Assembly (NCBI GenBank): GCA_963628185.1
Contig: CAVGEN010000029.1
Coordinates: 16,088-80,087, forward strand
Direction: 5' to 3'
DNA length: 64,000 nucleotides
From: Waltera intestinalis
Lineage (GTDB): Bacteria; Bacteroidota; Bacteroidia; Bacteroidales; Bacteroidaceae
In this document: piece by piece, positions 30,702 to 41,136 of the stretch
Numbering within the stretch: the stretch's first letter is position 1
How the letters are laid out: each line of letters opens with the position of its first letter
The notes under the pieces: model-generated
The model's database searches: none
The model's input: only the letters and a program-made list of their open reading frames with translations
Told to the model about the DNA's origin: nothing
Made by a program: the position numbers and the translations under genes

Positions 30702-31208
30702 TTACATGAATGCACGAATTTCTGCAAGAGGTTTCTTCTCCATTGTACCATCCTTATAAGTAACAGTGAAGAAATCATGCACTGACTTGCCGTTCTTGAA
30801 CTGAACAACAGCGACACCACCATCGCGCAACTGCAATGTAAAGTAGCCCTCACGCTTACCATTTACATACTTGCCATGCCACTTTTCCTTACCATTCTTA
30901 TAGTATGTAGTAACCTCACCCTTGAATACGGTATTTCTATCATTACCCAAATCGATGAAGCTATATCCACCCTCAGCTCTCAAGTTACCATTCATATAGT
31001 AGTCCTTGAAAACATCTTGTTTATTAATACCAACTCCTACTGTCATGAGTAGTCTGTAGTAACTAGCTTGATCCGCACTAGCGACATTGCTCATATTCTC
31101 TGCATAGAAAATAGTGTCTGCTACAACGGTTGCGTTTTCAACGTGCTTACGTCCAAAACTTGCGATGGTCATCAAAGCCATCAACGATAGTAATATAACT
31201 CGTTTCAT
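30702..31208 (-). CDS. Secreted protein with MORN-variant repeats
   Basis: Signal peptide; YYMNGNLRAEG and YYKNGKEKWHGKYVNGKREG repeats; promoter TATCTTTG at 31247-31254 (minus). Confidence 0.7.
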   Translation of the reverse strand: MKRVILLSLMALMTIASFGRKHVENATVVADTIFYAENMSNVASADQASYYRLLMTVGVGINKQDVFKDYYMNGNLRAEGGYSFIDLGNDRNTVFKGEVTTYYKNGKEKWHGKYVNGKREGYFTLQLRDGGVAVVQFKNGKSVHDFFTVTYKDGTMEKKPLAEIRAFM

Positions 31209-31705
31209 ATCTTTACGTTTTTAGGTTTTACTTTCTTTTTCTGATGCAAAGATAGAAAAAACTTCTGAAAGTTGTATCAATCATTAACGCTATTTTATTA
31301 TAATTTTTCAGCAACTTTTGATTTATATCAATTATCCACCTCAAAACAAAAAACCGTAATTTTTGCCCCCGCTTTTTGACGTTTTGTAAAGTTACACATT
31401 TTCAAATAACTGGTTTCTGCAATTACTCTTTACACTTTGTCAGTTTTTCTTTTACATCTGTAAAAGTCAGCCACAAAGAAAGCAGCTTTTCCTCATAAAT
31501 TTTGTAAACAAAACATACCATCATACAAAAAGGCCACAAAAGAGCGAGAAAACTCACACATATCTAATATTACCCACATTTTTATGGCTTTTTGTCATCA
31601 TTCCTAAGTATTTTTATTGAGAAATTGGTACTTTTAACAACGAACTTGACGGTTTCTACAATTATTTTTGTACTTTTGCACTTAAATATATAATAAGGTA
31701 CGCAT

Positions 31706-32917
31706 ATGAAACGATATATTGGGCTTATCGCAATTTTCTGCTGCTTGGCACTCGTGTCATGCAATAATACTATTGAGCCTTTCTTCTCTAACAATGAACA
31801 AGACCGTGACAATGATGAAATCACAGGGGATGATTACACCTATCATCTTCCTGTCATTTTCCACGTGCTTTACCAAGACCCAAACGCCGTAGATGACAAG
31901 AACAACAAAATACAATATATCACATACGCCCGTCTGAAGACGATACTAGACAACGTCAACGACTTGTATGGTGGAGAACTATACAACTTCGGCAAGAACA
32001 AGGATACTCCTAGCGAGAATATCCACATACAGTTTGAAATGGCATTATATGATGAAAACGGCAAGAAATTGACAACCCCGGGCGTAGAATATATCAAGTA
32101 CACAGAGGAATACCCCGTCGACTGCAACTCTTTTATGACAAAGAAGAAAGGAAAGAACAAAATAATCTGGGATCCCAATGAATATATCAATGTGATGGTA
32201 TATAACTTCAAGAAAAACGAAGATGACACCAGTACCACATTAGGCATTAGCAATATGCCATACCAACTAAACGGCTATCCACAGATAGATGGATTGGAAA
32301 CCATCAGCAACAAGACTGTCCCCAACAAGAACAGCATTTCATTTGAGTATTGCATTTCACTCAACAGCAAATATGCCTATTCAGAATCATCGAGATACAC
32401 AGATGGCAAACATGGAGCGGAAGGATATACCTACAGTTCTGCCGACATAAACGTCACACTGGCACATGAGCTAGGTCACTTCCTTGGTTTGTGCCATGTC
32501 TTTGCAGAAAAGAAAACAAGCAATGGCACAGAACCTGCCGACAACTGCGATGACACAGATTATTGCAGCGACACAAAAAGCTACAACAAACCAGCATACG
32601 ACAGTTGGCTACAAGAATATATCCAAATGCATCAAGAGGAAAAGAGTCTGGACATGAAAGATCTCATCAAGCGTAACAATGACGAAGGTGAGGAATGGGA
32701 CTCAGACAACTTCATGGACTACTCCATCAGTTTGAGCTACCGCTTCACCCCCGAGCAGAAGTATCGGATGAGACAAGTTTTGTATTATAGTCCGCTGATG
32801 CCTGGTCCGAAGTTGAACAGGGACGCAGACACACAAACTCGAAGTTCTGAAGAAGAAATCATAGACCTACCCATCCGCTTAGCCATAGACAGGATTCCTA
32901 CCCCCCTCCTCAAATAA
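31706..32917 (+). CDS. Zinc metalloprotease lipoprotein (metzincin, M43/BF0631-like)
   Basis: Lipobox LVSC, LPVIFHV, HELGHFLGLCH, Met-turn NFMDY; promoter TACTTTTG at 31671-31678. Confidence 0.88.
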   Translation: MKRYIGLIAIFCCLALVSCNNTIEPFFSNNEQDRDNDEITGDDYTYHLPVIFHVLYQDPNAVDDKNNKIQYITYARLKTILDNVNDLYGGELYNFGKNKDTPSENIHIQFEMALYDENGKKLTTPGVEYIKYTEEYPVDCNSFMTKKKGKNKIIWDPNEYINVMVYNFKKNEDDTSTTLGISNMPYQLNGYPQIDGLETISNKTVPNKNSISFEYCISLNSKYAYSESSRYTDGKHGAEGYTYSSADINVTLAHELGHFLGLCHVFAEKKTSNGTEPADNCDDTDYCSDTKSYNKPAYDSWLQEYIQMHQEEKSLDMKDLIKRNNDEGEEWDSDNFMDYSISLSYRFTPEQKYRMRQVLYYSPLMPGPKLNRDADTQTRSSEEEIIDLPIRLAIDRIPTPLLK

Positions 32918-32950
32918 CAACCCATCAAATTGTAACAAACAGATAGAATT

Positions 32951-34207
32951 ATGAAATATACAATAAAAGCACCCAAGCAACTCAAGGCTACCATCAATCT
33001 GCCTGCAAGCAAAAGCATCAGCAACCGTGCTTTAATCATACATGCCATGGCTGGCGGAAATATTCAGCCAACCAATCTCAGCGACTGCGATGACACAGAC
33101 GTCATCATCAAGGCACTCCAAGACATGCCTGACATCATCGACATCAAGGCCGCAGGTACCGCTATGAGATTTATGACCGCTTTTCTCAGCGCAACGAAAG
33201 GTGAACATACCATCACAGGAACTGAAAGGATGAAAAATCGCCCTATCGGCATACTCGTCGATGCCCTACGCTATCTTGGCGGCGATATCACATACGAGGA
33301 AAAAGAAGGCTACCCCCCACTCCACATCAAAGGACACGCCCTTGACGGTGGTCATCTGGAAGTCGTTGGCAACATTAGTTCCCAATATATATCTGCGTTA
33401 TTATTAATAGGTCCGATTCTCAAAAATGGTCTGGAACTGAAACTTACAGGTGAGATTGCCTCTAGACCATACATCGACCTCACACTTTGGACAATGCAAG
33501 AGTTTGGAGCAGACGCAGAATGGACAGACGTAGATACCATCGTTGTCAAGCCTCAACCTTATAAGGAACGAGCCTACTTGATAGAGAACGATTGGAGCGC
33601 CTCGTCATATTGGTATGAGATGATGGTCCTCAATGCCAACACCAACTCAGAAATCAAACTCGAAGGTTTGTTGGATGGCTCCAAGCAGGGTGACTCTGTG
33701 GTCAAATACATATTTAGCCTACTTGGCGTAAAAACAGAATTTGCCAAGACGACAAATGACAAGACCAACACCCCCACAACCGTAACTTTGCGTGTCCATC
33801 GCTGTATGCTGCCACGCCTAGACTATGATTTCACAGGTTCTCCCGACTTGGCACAAACATTCGTGGTATGTTGCTGCCTGATGGGAGTCAAGTTTAAGTT
33901 CACGGGGCTTGCCAGCCTTAAAATCAAGGAAACCGACCGCATAGAGGCACTCAAGAAAGAATTGAGAAAAGTGGGTTATGTTATCAAAGATGAGAACGAC
34001 AACGCATTGATTTGGGACGGCGAGCGGTGCGAACCGACATTCGAGCCTATCGACACCTACGAAGATCACCGCATGGCAATGGCGTTCGCTCCTATTGCCT
34101 TCAAATTTCCGTCACTAGATATCAACAATCCGAAAGTTGTATCAAAATCCTATCCTCACTTTTGGGAAGACCTGAAAGCTGTAGGGTTTGAGATCATCAA
34201 TAGTTAA
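32951..34207 (+). CDS. aroA: 3-phosphoshikimate 1-carboxyvinyltransferase
   Basis: SKSISNR, AGTAMRF, SSQYISALL, KETDRI, DHRMAMA. Confidence 0.97.
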   Translation: MKYTIKAPKQLKATINLPASKSISNRALIIHAMAGGNIQPTNLSDCDDTDVIIKALQDMPDIIDIKAAGTAMRFMTAFLSATKGEHTITGTERMKNRPIGILVDALRYLGGDITYEEKEGYPPLHIKGHALDGGHLEVVGNISSQYISALLLIGPILKNGLELKLTGEIASRPYIDLTLWTMQEFGADAEWTDVDTIVVKPQPYKERAYLIENDWSASSYWYEMMVLNANTNSEIKLEGLLDGSKQGDSVVKYIFSLLGVKTEFAKTTNDKTNTPTTVTLRVHRCMLPRLDYDFTGSPDLAQTFVVCCCLMGVKFKFTGLASLKIKETDRIEALKKELRKVGYVIKDENDNALIWDGERCEPTFEPIDTYEDHRMAMAFAPIAFKFPSLDINNPKVVSKSYPHFWEDLKAVGFEIINS

Positions 34208-34220
34208 TAACAAGAACAAT

Positions 34221-34628
34221 ATGTTATATTTGTTTATAGCACTCGTCATTTTAGGGGTCATTTCTGCCATTTTCGGCATCATCTCCCACAAGAATGGGGA
34301 CATTGAGCTTATCCAGGAAGGCGTTTCATGCAACACCTGCAATGGAGAAAACACGAAATGCGAACAAGAGTGCATGATGGAAGCAGCCACCAAGGACATA
34401 GAATATTATGATGACGAGGAATTAGATGTTTTTAAGGGAAGGACTGCCGACAACTACAACGATGAAGAAGTGGAAATGTTCTCAGAAGTACTCTATACGA
34501 TGAAGCCCGAAGAGGTGGCTGGTTGGAACAGGAGTCTCATCCTGAGAGGCATCAACCTCCCCAATCAGTTGAAAGATGAAGTCATCGGATTCTTAAGTGA
34601 AGAACGAAGTATGAAGAGTGAAGAATAA
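34221..34628 (+). CDS. Membrane-anchored Cys-cluster hypothetical protein
   Basis: N-terminal TM, CNTC-x6-CEQEC, acidic YYDDEELD region. Confidence 0.75.
   Translation: MLYLFIALVILGVISAIFGIISHKNGDIELIQEGVSCNTCNGENTKCEQECMMEAATKDIEYYDDEELDVFKGRTADNYNDEEVEMFSEVLYTMKPEEVAGWNRSLILRGINLPNQLKDEVIGFLSEERSMKSEE
34594..34626 (+). repeat. 33-bp dispersed gene-end repeat, copy 2
   Basis: TAAGTGAAGAACGAAGTATGAAGAGTGAAGAAT; colinear with the copies at 16070 and 60999. Confidence 0.7.
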
Positions 34629-34634
34629 GACAAC

Positions 34635-35435
34635 ATGGACATATTACAATATACATTTTTTCAGAACGCCTTGCTAGGTGCCTTTCTTGTAAGCATACTT
34701 TGTGGATTCATTGGCACCTACATCGTTACTCGCCGCTTGGTCTTTATCAGTGGCGGCATCACCCACGCCTCGTTCGGCGGTATCGGCATTGGCGTATTCA
34801 CAGGTCTCAACCCGATCCTCTCTGCCATGGTATTCGCTATACTGAGTGCCTTTGGCGTACAATGGTTGTCTAGAAAGAAAGAAGTCAGAAAAGACTCCGC
34901 CATCGCAATGTTTTGGACACTAGGCATGAGCGTCGGCATCATTTGCTGCTTCCTTACACCAGGATTTATGCCCGACCTCCCCTCCTTTCTGTTTGGCAGC
35001 ATCCTGACTATCGAAAGTTCCGACCTTTGGCTATTAGGGGGGCTTACAGCCATTGTCGCCTTACTATTCCTCTCCCTGCTCCCAACCATCCAGAACATAG
35101 CCTTCGACAGGACATTTGCCCAGTCACAACACCAGCCTGTCACCATGATTGAATATCTGATGATGGCACTGATAGCCATGACCATCGTGGCTTCCCTCAA
35201 GATGGTAGGTATAGTACTAGCTATCAGTTTGTTGACCATTCCACAAATGACAGCCAACCTATTCACCTACAACTACAAGAAGATGATAGCGCTGAGCATC
35301 GTGCTAGGATGGCTCGACTGCCTTCTAGGGCTTACCGCCAGCTATTGGCTCAATGTACCTTCTGGAGCCACAATCATATTTACCAGTATCATCGTTTTCT
35401 CCATTTGCAAGGCAATAAAAACGACTCTTTCCTAG
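34635..35435 (+). CDS. Metal (Zn/Mn) ABC transporter permease, ZnuB-like
   Basis: GITHASFGG, LFGSILTI, PSGATII. Confidence 0.92.
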   Translation: MDILQYTFFQNALLGAFLVSILCGFIGTYIVTRRLVFISGGITHASFGGIGIGVFTGLNPILSAMVFAILSAFGVQWLSRKKEVRKDSAIAMFWTLGMSVGIICCFLTPGFMPDLPSFLFGSILTIESSDLWLLGGLTAIVALLFLSLLPTIQNIAFDRTFAQSQHQPVTMIEYLMMALIAMTIVASLKMVGIVLAISLLTIPQMTANLFTYNYKKMIALSIVLGWLDCLLGLTASYWLNVPSGATIIFTSIIVFSICKAIKTTLS

Positions 35436-35447
35436 TTTTATAATATA

Positions 35448-38400
35448 ATGAGACAGAACCATCTTCAATATATCATCCCACTACTGGCAATGGCCATCTT
35501 GCTGAGTATTGCGAGTTGCTCTACGCAGAAAAACACTGCGAAGAGCAGATGGTGGCATTCTTTCAATGCCCACTATAACACCTATTACAACGGTACCTTG
35601 GCATATATCGATGGTTCTTTGGAAAAAGAGAACGGCAACAAAGACAACTTTACCGAGATGATACCACTCTATACGGTCAGCAATAAGAATAGCCGCGAAC
35701 TAGGAAAAGGCAACTACGAGAAAGCAATTACCAAATGTGAGAAGGCAATTCACCAACACAGCATCAAGAAAAGACCAGAGTGGACAAAAGGCCGTAGAAA
35801 GACAGCCCGCGACATAGAATGGCTAAGTCGTAAAGAATACAATCCTTTTCTTTGGAAAGCATGGCTCCTCATGGGACGTTCCCAGTTTTACAAAGGAGAT
35901 TTTGAGAGCGCAGCCGCCACATTCTCCTATATGAGCCGTCTCTATGCCACACAACCAGCCATCTATGGAAGAGCACGTGCCTGGTTGGCAAAATGCTATA
36001 TTGAGCAGGGATGGCAATATGATGCCGAAGATGTCATCAGAAACATACAGAGAGACAGCATCCATTGGCGTGCCCAAAAAGAATGGGATTATACTTACAC
36101 AGATTACTATATACATCAAGGCGACTTTGCGCAAACCATCCCATATTTGCGCAAAGTCATCAAGCATGAGATGCGTCGCAAGCAAAAAGCTCGCGAATGG
36201 TATCTCATGGGGCAACTTCAAGCAGCCATAGGCAAGAGACAAGAGGCATACAAAGCTTTCAAACATGTCGTACGTCTCAATCCTCCTTACGAACTGGAGT
36301 TCAATGCTCGCATTGCCATGACCGAAGTGATGGCAAAGAGTAACGTCAAGCAGACTATCAGTCACCTCAAGCGCATGGCATCTTCCGACAAAAACAAGGA
36401 ATACTTAGACCAAGTATATTACGCCATGGGCAACATCTACCTCCATGAGAAAGACACCGTCAAAGCAATCTCCGCCTACGAAAAAGGAAATACCAAAGCG
36501 ACTAGAAATGGTATTGAAAAAGGTGTGCTTTTGCTCCACCTGGGCGACTTATATTGGGAAAAGGAAAAATTCAGCGACGCACAACGTTGCTATGGAGAAG
36601 CCATCGGCTTACTCGACAAAGACCGCAAGGACTATCAGCAACTATCCGACCGATCGAAGATTCTAGACGAATTGGTACCGTTCACTGAGGCAGTCCATCT
36701 ACAAGATTCCCTCCAAGCACTTGCAAAAATGAACGAAAAAGATAGAAATGCAGCCATCGATCGTGTCATTGAAGCCCTCAAGAAAAAAGAAAAAGAGGAG
36801 AAGAACAGATTGGCAGAAGAGGAAAGTTCTCGCCAACAGACTCAGAACGCAGGAAACACCAACAGAAACAACAATAAGAACACCACCACTCAAAATACGA
36901 CCAACACTAGCCAAAAAGGAGCCTGGTATTTCTACAATCCTATCGCTGTAAGCCAGGGCAAGACGCAGTTCCAACGCCTATGGGGAAAGCGTGAGAATGT
37001 GGACAACTGGCAACGTATCAACAAAACCGTTGTCGCTGGGGCACAAGGAGCAGAGGAAATGACAGACGAAGTACGTGATTCCTTGATACAAGTAGCAGAA
37101 AAAGAAGACTCACTCAAGCAAATAGCTGATAGTGCCCAAAACGACCCTCACAAGCGAGAATACTATCTAGCACAGATTCCATTCACTCCAGAGCAAATAG
37201 AAGCCAGTAATCAGTTGCTGGAGGATGGCTTATACCATTCAGGCATTATCTTCAAAGACAAACTAGACAATCTTGGTCTGAGCGAAAAAGCCCTTCGCCG
37301 CCTCGAAGTCAACTACATCGACTTCGAGCACATGGCCGATGTCTATTATCATCTATATTTACTTTATTCAAGAAAGAATATGCCTTCCAAGGCAAATGAC
37401 TACATCATAAAATTGAAGAAAGATTTCCCGGAAAGCCAGTGGACAACATTGCTCACCAATCCTTATTACAAGGAAAACTCCCTATTCGGCACACATATAG
37501 AAGACTCCCTATATACAGCCACATACGAAGCCTTCAAAGCTAACCGTTACTCAGAGGTCAAGGGCAACACACGTATTTCCGCAGACCGATTCCCTACGGG
37601 GGCAAACCGAGACAAATTTCTCTTCATTGGCGGTCTCAGCAAACTGAACGACGGAGATGCCAAAGGCTGCATGGAAGACATGAAAACTGTTGTAGAAAAA
37701 TATCCAAACAGCAGAATCAGCGAGATGGCCGGCATGATAGTCAACGGCGTACAGGCAGGAAGACGACTCCATGGTGGAAAGTTTGACCTTGAAGATGTAT
37801 GGAACCGCAGAAGCATTGTACTCAACGACAGCGATTCCATCAAGAGCCGTGGCTTCTCAGATGAGCGAAATGCCAATTTCTTATTCATGTATGTCTATCA
37901 ACCAGATTCCATCAACGAGAACCAACTGTTGTTTGAAATGGCAAAGTTCAACTTTACGAACTACTTAGTGCGTAACTTTGACATCAACATTGAAGACCAA
38001 GACGGTCTTCACCGCATGATGATTACAGGTTTCAGAAACTACGACGAAGCCTGGCTATACGCTCATACCATCATCCAGCAATCCAACATCACCCAATTGC
38101 TGGACAAGGTGCGTACCTTCCTCATAAGCGAACAAAACCTAGAATTACTAGGCAGTCATTTCACCTATAATGACTATGAGAAATATTTTAGCCAACATTT
38201 CGCAGTCCTAAAGGTTCGCAGTTCACAGTTGTTGTCTGAGCCTACAGAAATCGTCACCGAGAAGAAAAAGGCACTGACGCCAGCGGGAGATGAGGAAATC
38301 GAGGAAGAAGAAATCAACACGAGCAATACCTTGGAGATTGAGGAAGATCCACAGACTGTAGGAAAGCCGGAAATCTTCATCGAAGAAACGCACCCCAAAA

Positions 38401-38675
38401 CAGAGAAGAAAGCAGAAGAGAAAAAAGAAAACAATATAGAGATAAAGAATGTAGAAGAGAAAAAGAAAACCGAGGAAAAGAAAGACATCATACAACCTCA
38501 GAGACAAGAACTTCCCGAGGAAAGCGACAACACCATCATTTTCTACGATGATGATGCCAGCACTTCTCCAACTCCTCCAACATCCACAAAGAAAGAAGAG
38601 GAGAAGAAGGAAAAGAAAGAAGATGACAAATCTTTTGATTTAGAGGATGAATACTTCGAACTAGATGGTTTCTAG
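35448..38675 (+). CDS. TPR lipoprotein, T9SS PorW/SprE-like
   Basis: Lipobox IASC, AHYNTYYNG, multiple TPRs, WYFYNP...WGKRENVDNWQR; acidic tail. Confidence 0.75.
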   Translation: MRQNHLQYIIPLLAMAILLSIASCSTQKNTAKSRWWHSFNAHYNTYYNGTLAYIDGSLEKENGNKDNFTEMIPLYTVSNKNSRELGKGNYEKAITKCEKAIHQHSIKKRPEWTKGRRKTARDIEWLSRKEYNPFLWKAWLLMGRSQFYKGDFESAAATFSYMSRLYATQPAIYGRARAWLAKCYIEQGWQYDAEDVIRNIQRDSIHWRAQKEWDYTYTDYYIHQGDFAQTIPYLRKVIKHEMRRKQKAREWYLMGQLQAAIGKRQEAYKAFKHVVRLNPPYELEFNARIAMTEVMAKSNVKQTISHLKRMASSDKNKEYLDQVYYAMGNIYLHEKDTVKAISAYEKGNTKATRNGIEKGVLLLHLGDLYWEKEKFSDAQRCYGEAIGLLDKDRKDYQQLSDRSKILDELVPFTEAVHLQDSLQALAKMNEKDRNAAIDRVIEALKKKEKEEKNRLAEEESSRQQTQNAGNTNRNNNKNTTTQNTTNTSQKGAWYFYNPIAVSQGKTQFQRLWGKRENVDNWQRINKTVVAGAQGAEEMTDEVRDSLIQVAEKEDSLKQIADSAQNDPHKREYYLAQIPFTPEQIEASNQLLEDGLYHSGIIFKDKLDNLGLSEKALRRLEVNYIDFEHMADVYYHLYLLYSRKNMPSKANDYIIKLKKDFPESQWTTLLTNPYYKENSLFGTHIEDSLYTATYEAFKANRYSEVKGNTRISADRFPTGANRDKFLFIGGLSKLNDGDAKGCMEDMKTVVEKYPNSRISEMAGMIVNGVQAGRRLHGGKFDLEDVWNRRSIVLNDSDSIKSRGFSDERNANFLFMYVYQPDSINENQLLFEMAKFNFTNYLVRNFDINIEDQDGLHRMMITGFRNYDEAWLYAHTIIQQSNITQLLDKVRTFLISEQNLELLGSHFTYNDYEKYFSQHFAVLKVRSSQLLSEPTEIVTEKKKALTPAGDEEIEEEEINTSNTLEIEEDPQTVGKPEIFIEETHPKTEKKAEEKKENNIEIKNVEEKKKTEEKKDIIQPQRQELPEESDNTIIFYDDDASTSPTPPTSTKKEEEKKEKKEDDKSFDLEDEYFELDGF

Positions 38676-38724
38676 CAAATCTTACAGAATATTACAATTA
38701 TGAACTTCATAAACGACAAGAAAT

Positions 38725-40293
38725 ATGAGCAACGGTTTAATACTTTGGGTAGATGACGAAATAGAACTTCTCAAGGCACATATCATTTTCCTTGAGAAGA
38801 AAGGGTACGAGGTGATTACGGTAAGCAATGGTCCTGACGCTATCGACCAATGCCACCAACAAACTTTCGACCTCATTCTCCTAGACGAGATGATGCCAGG
38901 ACTTAGTGGCCTAGAGACCCTACAACAAATCAAGGAAATACAGCCAGCCACACCAGTCGTCATGTGTACCAAGAGCGAGGAAGAAAACATCATGGACCAA
39001 GCCATCGGTTCCAAGATAGCCGACTATCTCATCAAGCCAGTCAACCCTAGCCAGATACTCCTTTCATTAAAGAAGAACATCCACCAAAAGCAAATTGTCA
39101 CCGAAGTAACCCAAAGTGGCTACCAGCAAGATTACCAGCAGATAGCCATGCAAATCATGGATTGCCGTCATTGCCAAGACTGGATGGAGGTCTATAAACG
39201 ACTCGTGAAATGGGAATTGGAACTGACCAGCGCCGATAGCGACATGACCGAAATGCTGCAAATGCAAAAGGAAGAAGCCAACCTAGGATTTGCCAAATAC
39301 ATATCCAAGCACTATCTAGACTGGGTAGCCCCACAAAAGTCGCCACATCCTATCGAAGGAAAGCCGATGATGAGCACTGACATTTTCAAGGGTAAAGTAT
39401 TTCCGCTGTTAGACAAAGGCGAAAAAGTATTTCTCATTGTCATCGACAATTTCCGATACGACCAATGGAAAATGCTCGCACAAGATGTCGCAGATTCATT
39501 CGACATCGAAGAAGACATGTACATGAGCATCCTGCCTACAGCCACGCAGTATGCTCGCAATGCCATCTTCAGCGGTTTGATGCCTAACAAGATAGCCGAG
39601 TTGTTCCCCGACCTCTGGGTCGATGAGGAAGAAGAAGAAGGAAAGAATCTCAACGAAGAGCCTTTAATCCAAACCCAACTAGAGCGATTCAGAAAGCATT
39701 ATAGCTTCAGCTATCACAAGGTCAACGACTCTACGGGTGCCGACAAGTTCTTGGACAAATATAACGAGATTGCAGGAAATGACTTAAACGTGCTTGTTGT
39801 CAATTTCATCGACATGCTCTCTCATGCCCGCACTGAATCGAAGATGGTTCGTGAACTTGCCAACAACGAGTCTGCCTATCGCAGTATCACACAGAGTTGG
39901 CTACGCCACTCCGTACTTGCCACCCTCTTCAAGCGTTTGGCACAAAGCGATTATAAGGTCATCATCACTACCGACCATGGCAGCATCCGTGCCTCCAAGC
40001 CGATCAAGATCATCGGCGACCGCAACACCAACACCAACCTGCGCTACAAACTAGGCAAGAACCTTGCTTACAATGCCAAGGAAGTATTTGTCATCAAGGA
40101 ACCACGCAAGGCACAGTTGCCCGCACCGAATTTGAGCACCTCGTATGTATTTGCCTACGGAGACGCATTCTTTGCCTATCCGAACAATTACAACTACTAT
40201 GTATCTTACTACAAAGATACCTTCCAGCATGGGGGCATATCCATGGAAGAAATGCTCATACCCCTCATTACCTTGACACCAAGGAAAAGATAA
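38725..40293 (+). CDS. porX: Response regulator/PglZ alkaline-phosphatase-fold protein PorX
   Basis: Receiver (WVDDE...LDEMMPG) plus PglZ domain (IDNFRYDQW, LPTATQYARNA, DHG, QHGG); followed by tsaE. Confidence 0.9.
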   Translation: MSNGLILWVDDEIELLKAHIIFLEKKGYEVITVSNGPDAIDQCHQQTFDLILLDEMMPGLSGLETLQQIKEIQPATPVVMCTKSEEENIMDQAIGSKIADYLIKPVNPSQILLSLKKNIHQKQIVTEVTQSGYQQDYQQIAMQIMDCRHCQDWMEVYKRLVKWELELTSADSDMTEMLQMQKEEANLGFAKYISKHYLDWVAPQKSPHPIEGKPMMSTDIFKGKVFPLLDKGEKVFLIVIDNFRYDQWKMLAQDVADSFDIEEDMYMSILPTATQYARNAIFSGLMPNKIAELFPDLWVDEEEEEGKNLNEEPLIQTQLERFRKHYSFSYHKVNDSTGADKFLDKYNEIAGNDLNVLVVNFIDMLSHARTESKMVRELANNESAYRSITQSWLRHSVLATLFKRLAQSDYKVIITTDHGSIRASKPIKIIGDRNTNTNLRYKLGKNLAYNAKEVFVIKEPRKAQLPAPNLSTSYVFAYGDAFFAYPNNYNYYVSYYKDTFQHGGISMEEMLIPLITLTPRKR

Positions 40294-40337
40294 GGCTATG
40301 GAATAATCCAACAGTAAAGATTAAATAAAACAAGGAT

Positions 40338-40748
40338 ATGAAAATCAAGATTGACTCATTAGAAAACATCCATGTGGCCGCCAAGGAATTTATCGCCAAC
40401 ATGGGCAATGGCAAAGTCTTTGCCTTCTATGGCAAGATGGGTGCCGGCAAGACTACATTTATCAAAGCTATCTGCGAGGAGATGGGCGTGGAGGATGTCA
40501 TCACTTCTCCTACCTTCGCTATTGTCAATGAATATACCACTGGCAACGATGAACCTATCTACCATTTCGACTTCTATCGCATCAAGAAGATCGATGAAGT
40601 ATATGACATGGGATACGAGGACTACTTCTATGGTGGCAACCTTTGCTTCCTAGAATGGCCTGAGCTGATAGAAGTTCTCTTGCCTGAGAATGTAACCAAG
40701 GTTACTATCCAGACGGAAGAAGACGGAACGAGAAGTATTGATTTCTGA
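40338..40748 (+). CDS. tsaE: tRNA threonylcarbamoyladenosine biosynthesis ATPase
   Basis: GKMGAGKTT, TSPTF, YHFDFYR, LEWPE. Confidence 0.97.
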   Translation: MKIKIDSLENIHVAAKEFIANMGNGKVFAFYGKMGAGKTTFIKAICEEMGVEDVITSPTFAIVNEYTTGNDEPIYHFDFYRIKKIDEVYDMGYEDYFYGGNLCFLEWPELIEVLLPENVTKVTIQTEEDGTRSIDF

Positions 40749-40751
40749 AAA

Positions 40752-40792
40752 ACGCCCTGCAAGAGCCTTGTTTTTATGCTCTTGCAGGGCGT
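40752..40792. terminator. Bidirectional terminator between tsaE and trxA
   Basis: Perfect 15-bp stem ACGCCCTGCAAGAGC/GCTCTTGCAGGGCGT. Confidence 0.8.
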
Positions 40793-40807
40793 AATGTTTG
40801 GGGAGTT

Positions 40808-41122
40808 TTACAAGAGTGCCTCAAACTTAGGTTGAAGCTTTGCCTTAGAAGCTGCACCAACAAACTTGTCAACCAACTCACCTCCCTTGAAAAACAAAAT
40901 AGTTGGGATGTTGCGTACACCATATTCCATTGGGATATCCTCGTTTTCCTCAATGTCACACTTACCCACAACCAACTTGCCATCATATTCCTCAGCAAGT
41001 TCAGAGATGATAGGAGCCAAAGCACGGCAAGGACCGCACCATGTTGCCCACAAATCTACCACCAAAGGAAGCTCACCATTCTTGAGTTCCTCGAAATTGT
41101 CTTTTGTAATTGTTACTTCCAT
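40808..41122 (-). CDS. trxA: Thioredoxin
   Basis: WCGPC active site, IPT cis-Pro motif. Confidence 0.97.
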   Translation of the reverse strand: MEVTITKDNFEELKNGELPLVVDLWATWCGPCRALAPIISELAEEYDGKLVVGKCDIEENEDIPMEYGVRNIPTILFFKGGELVDKFVGAASKAKLQPKFEALL

Positions 41123-41136
41123 TGTCTTATTATGTT

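Noticed and set aside
30702..31208. YwqK-type antitoxin of a toxin-immunity pair
   Set aside because: MORN-like repeats are generic and no toxin gene is adjacent.
38725..40293. BREX defence system suggested by the PglZ domain
   Set aside because: Receiver-PglZ followed by tsaE is the PorX arrangement; no brx genes present.
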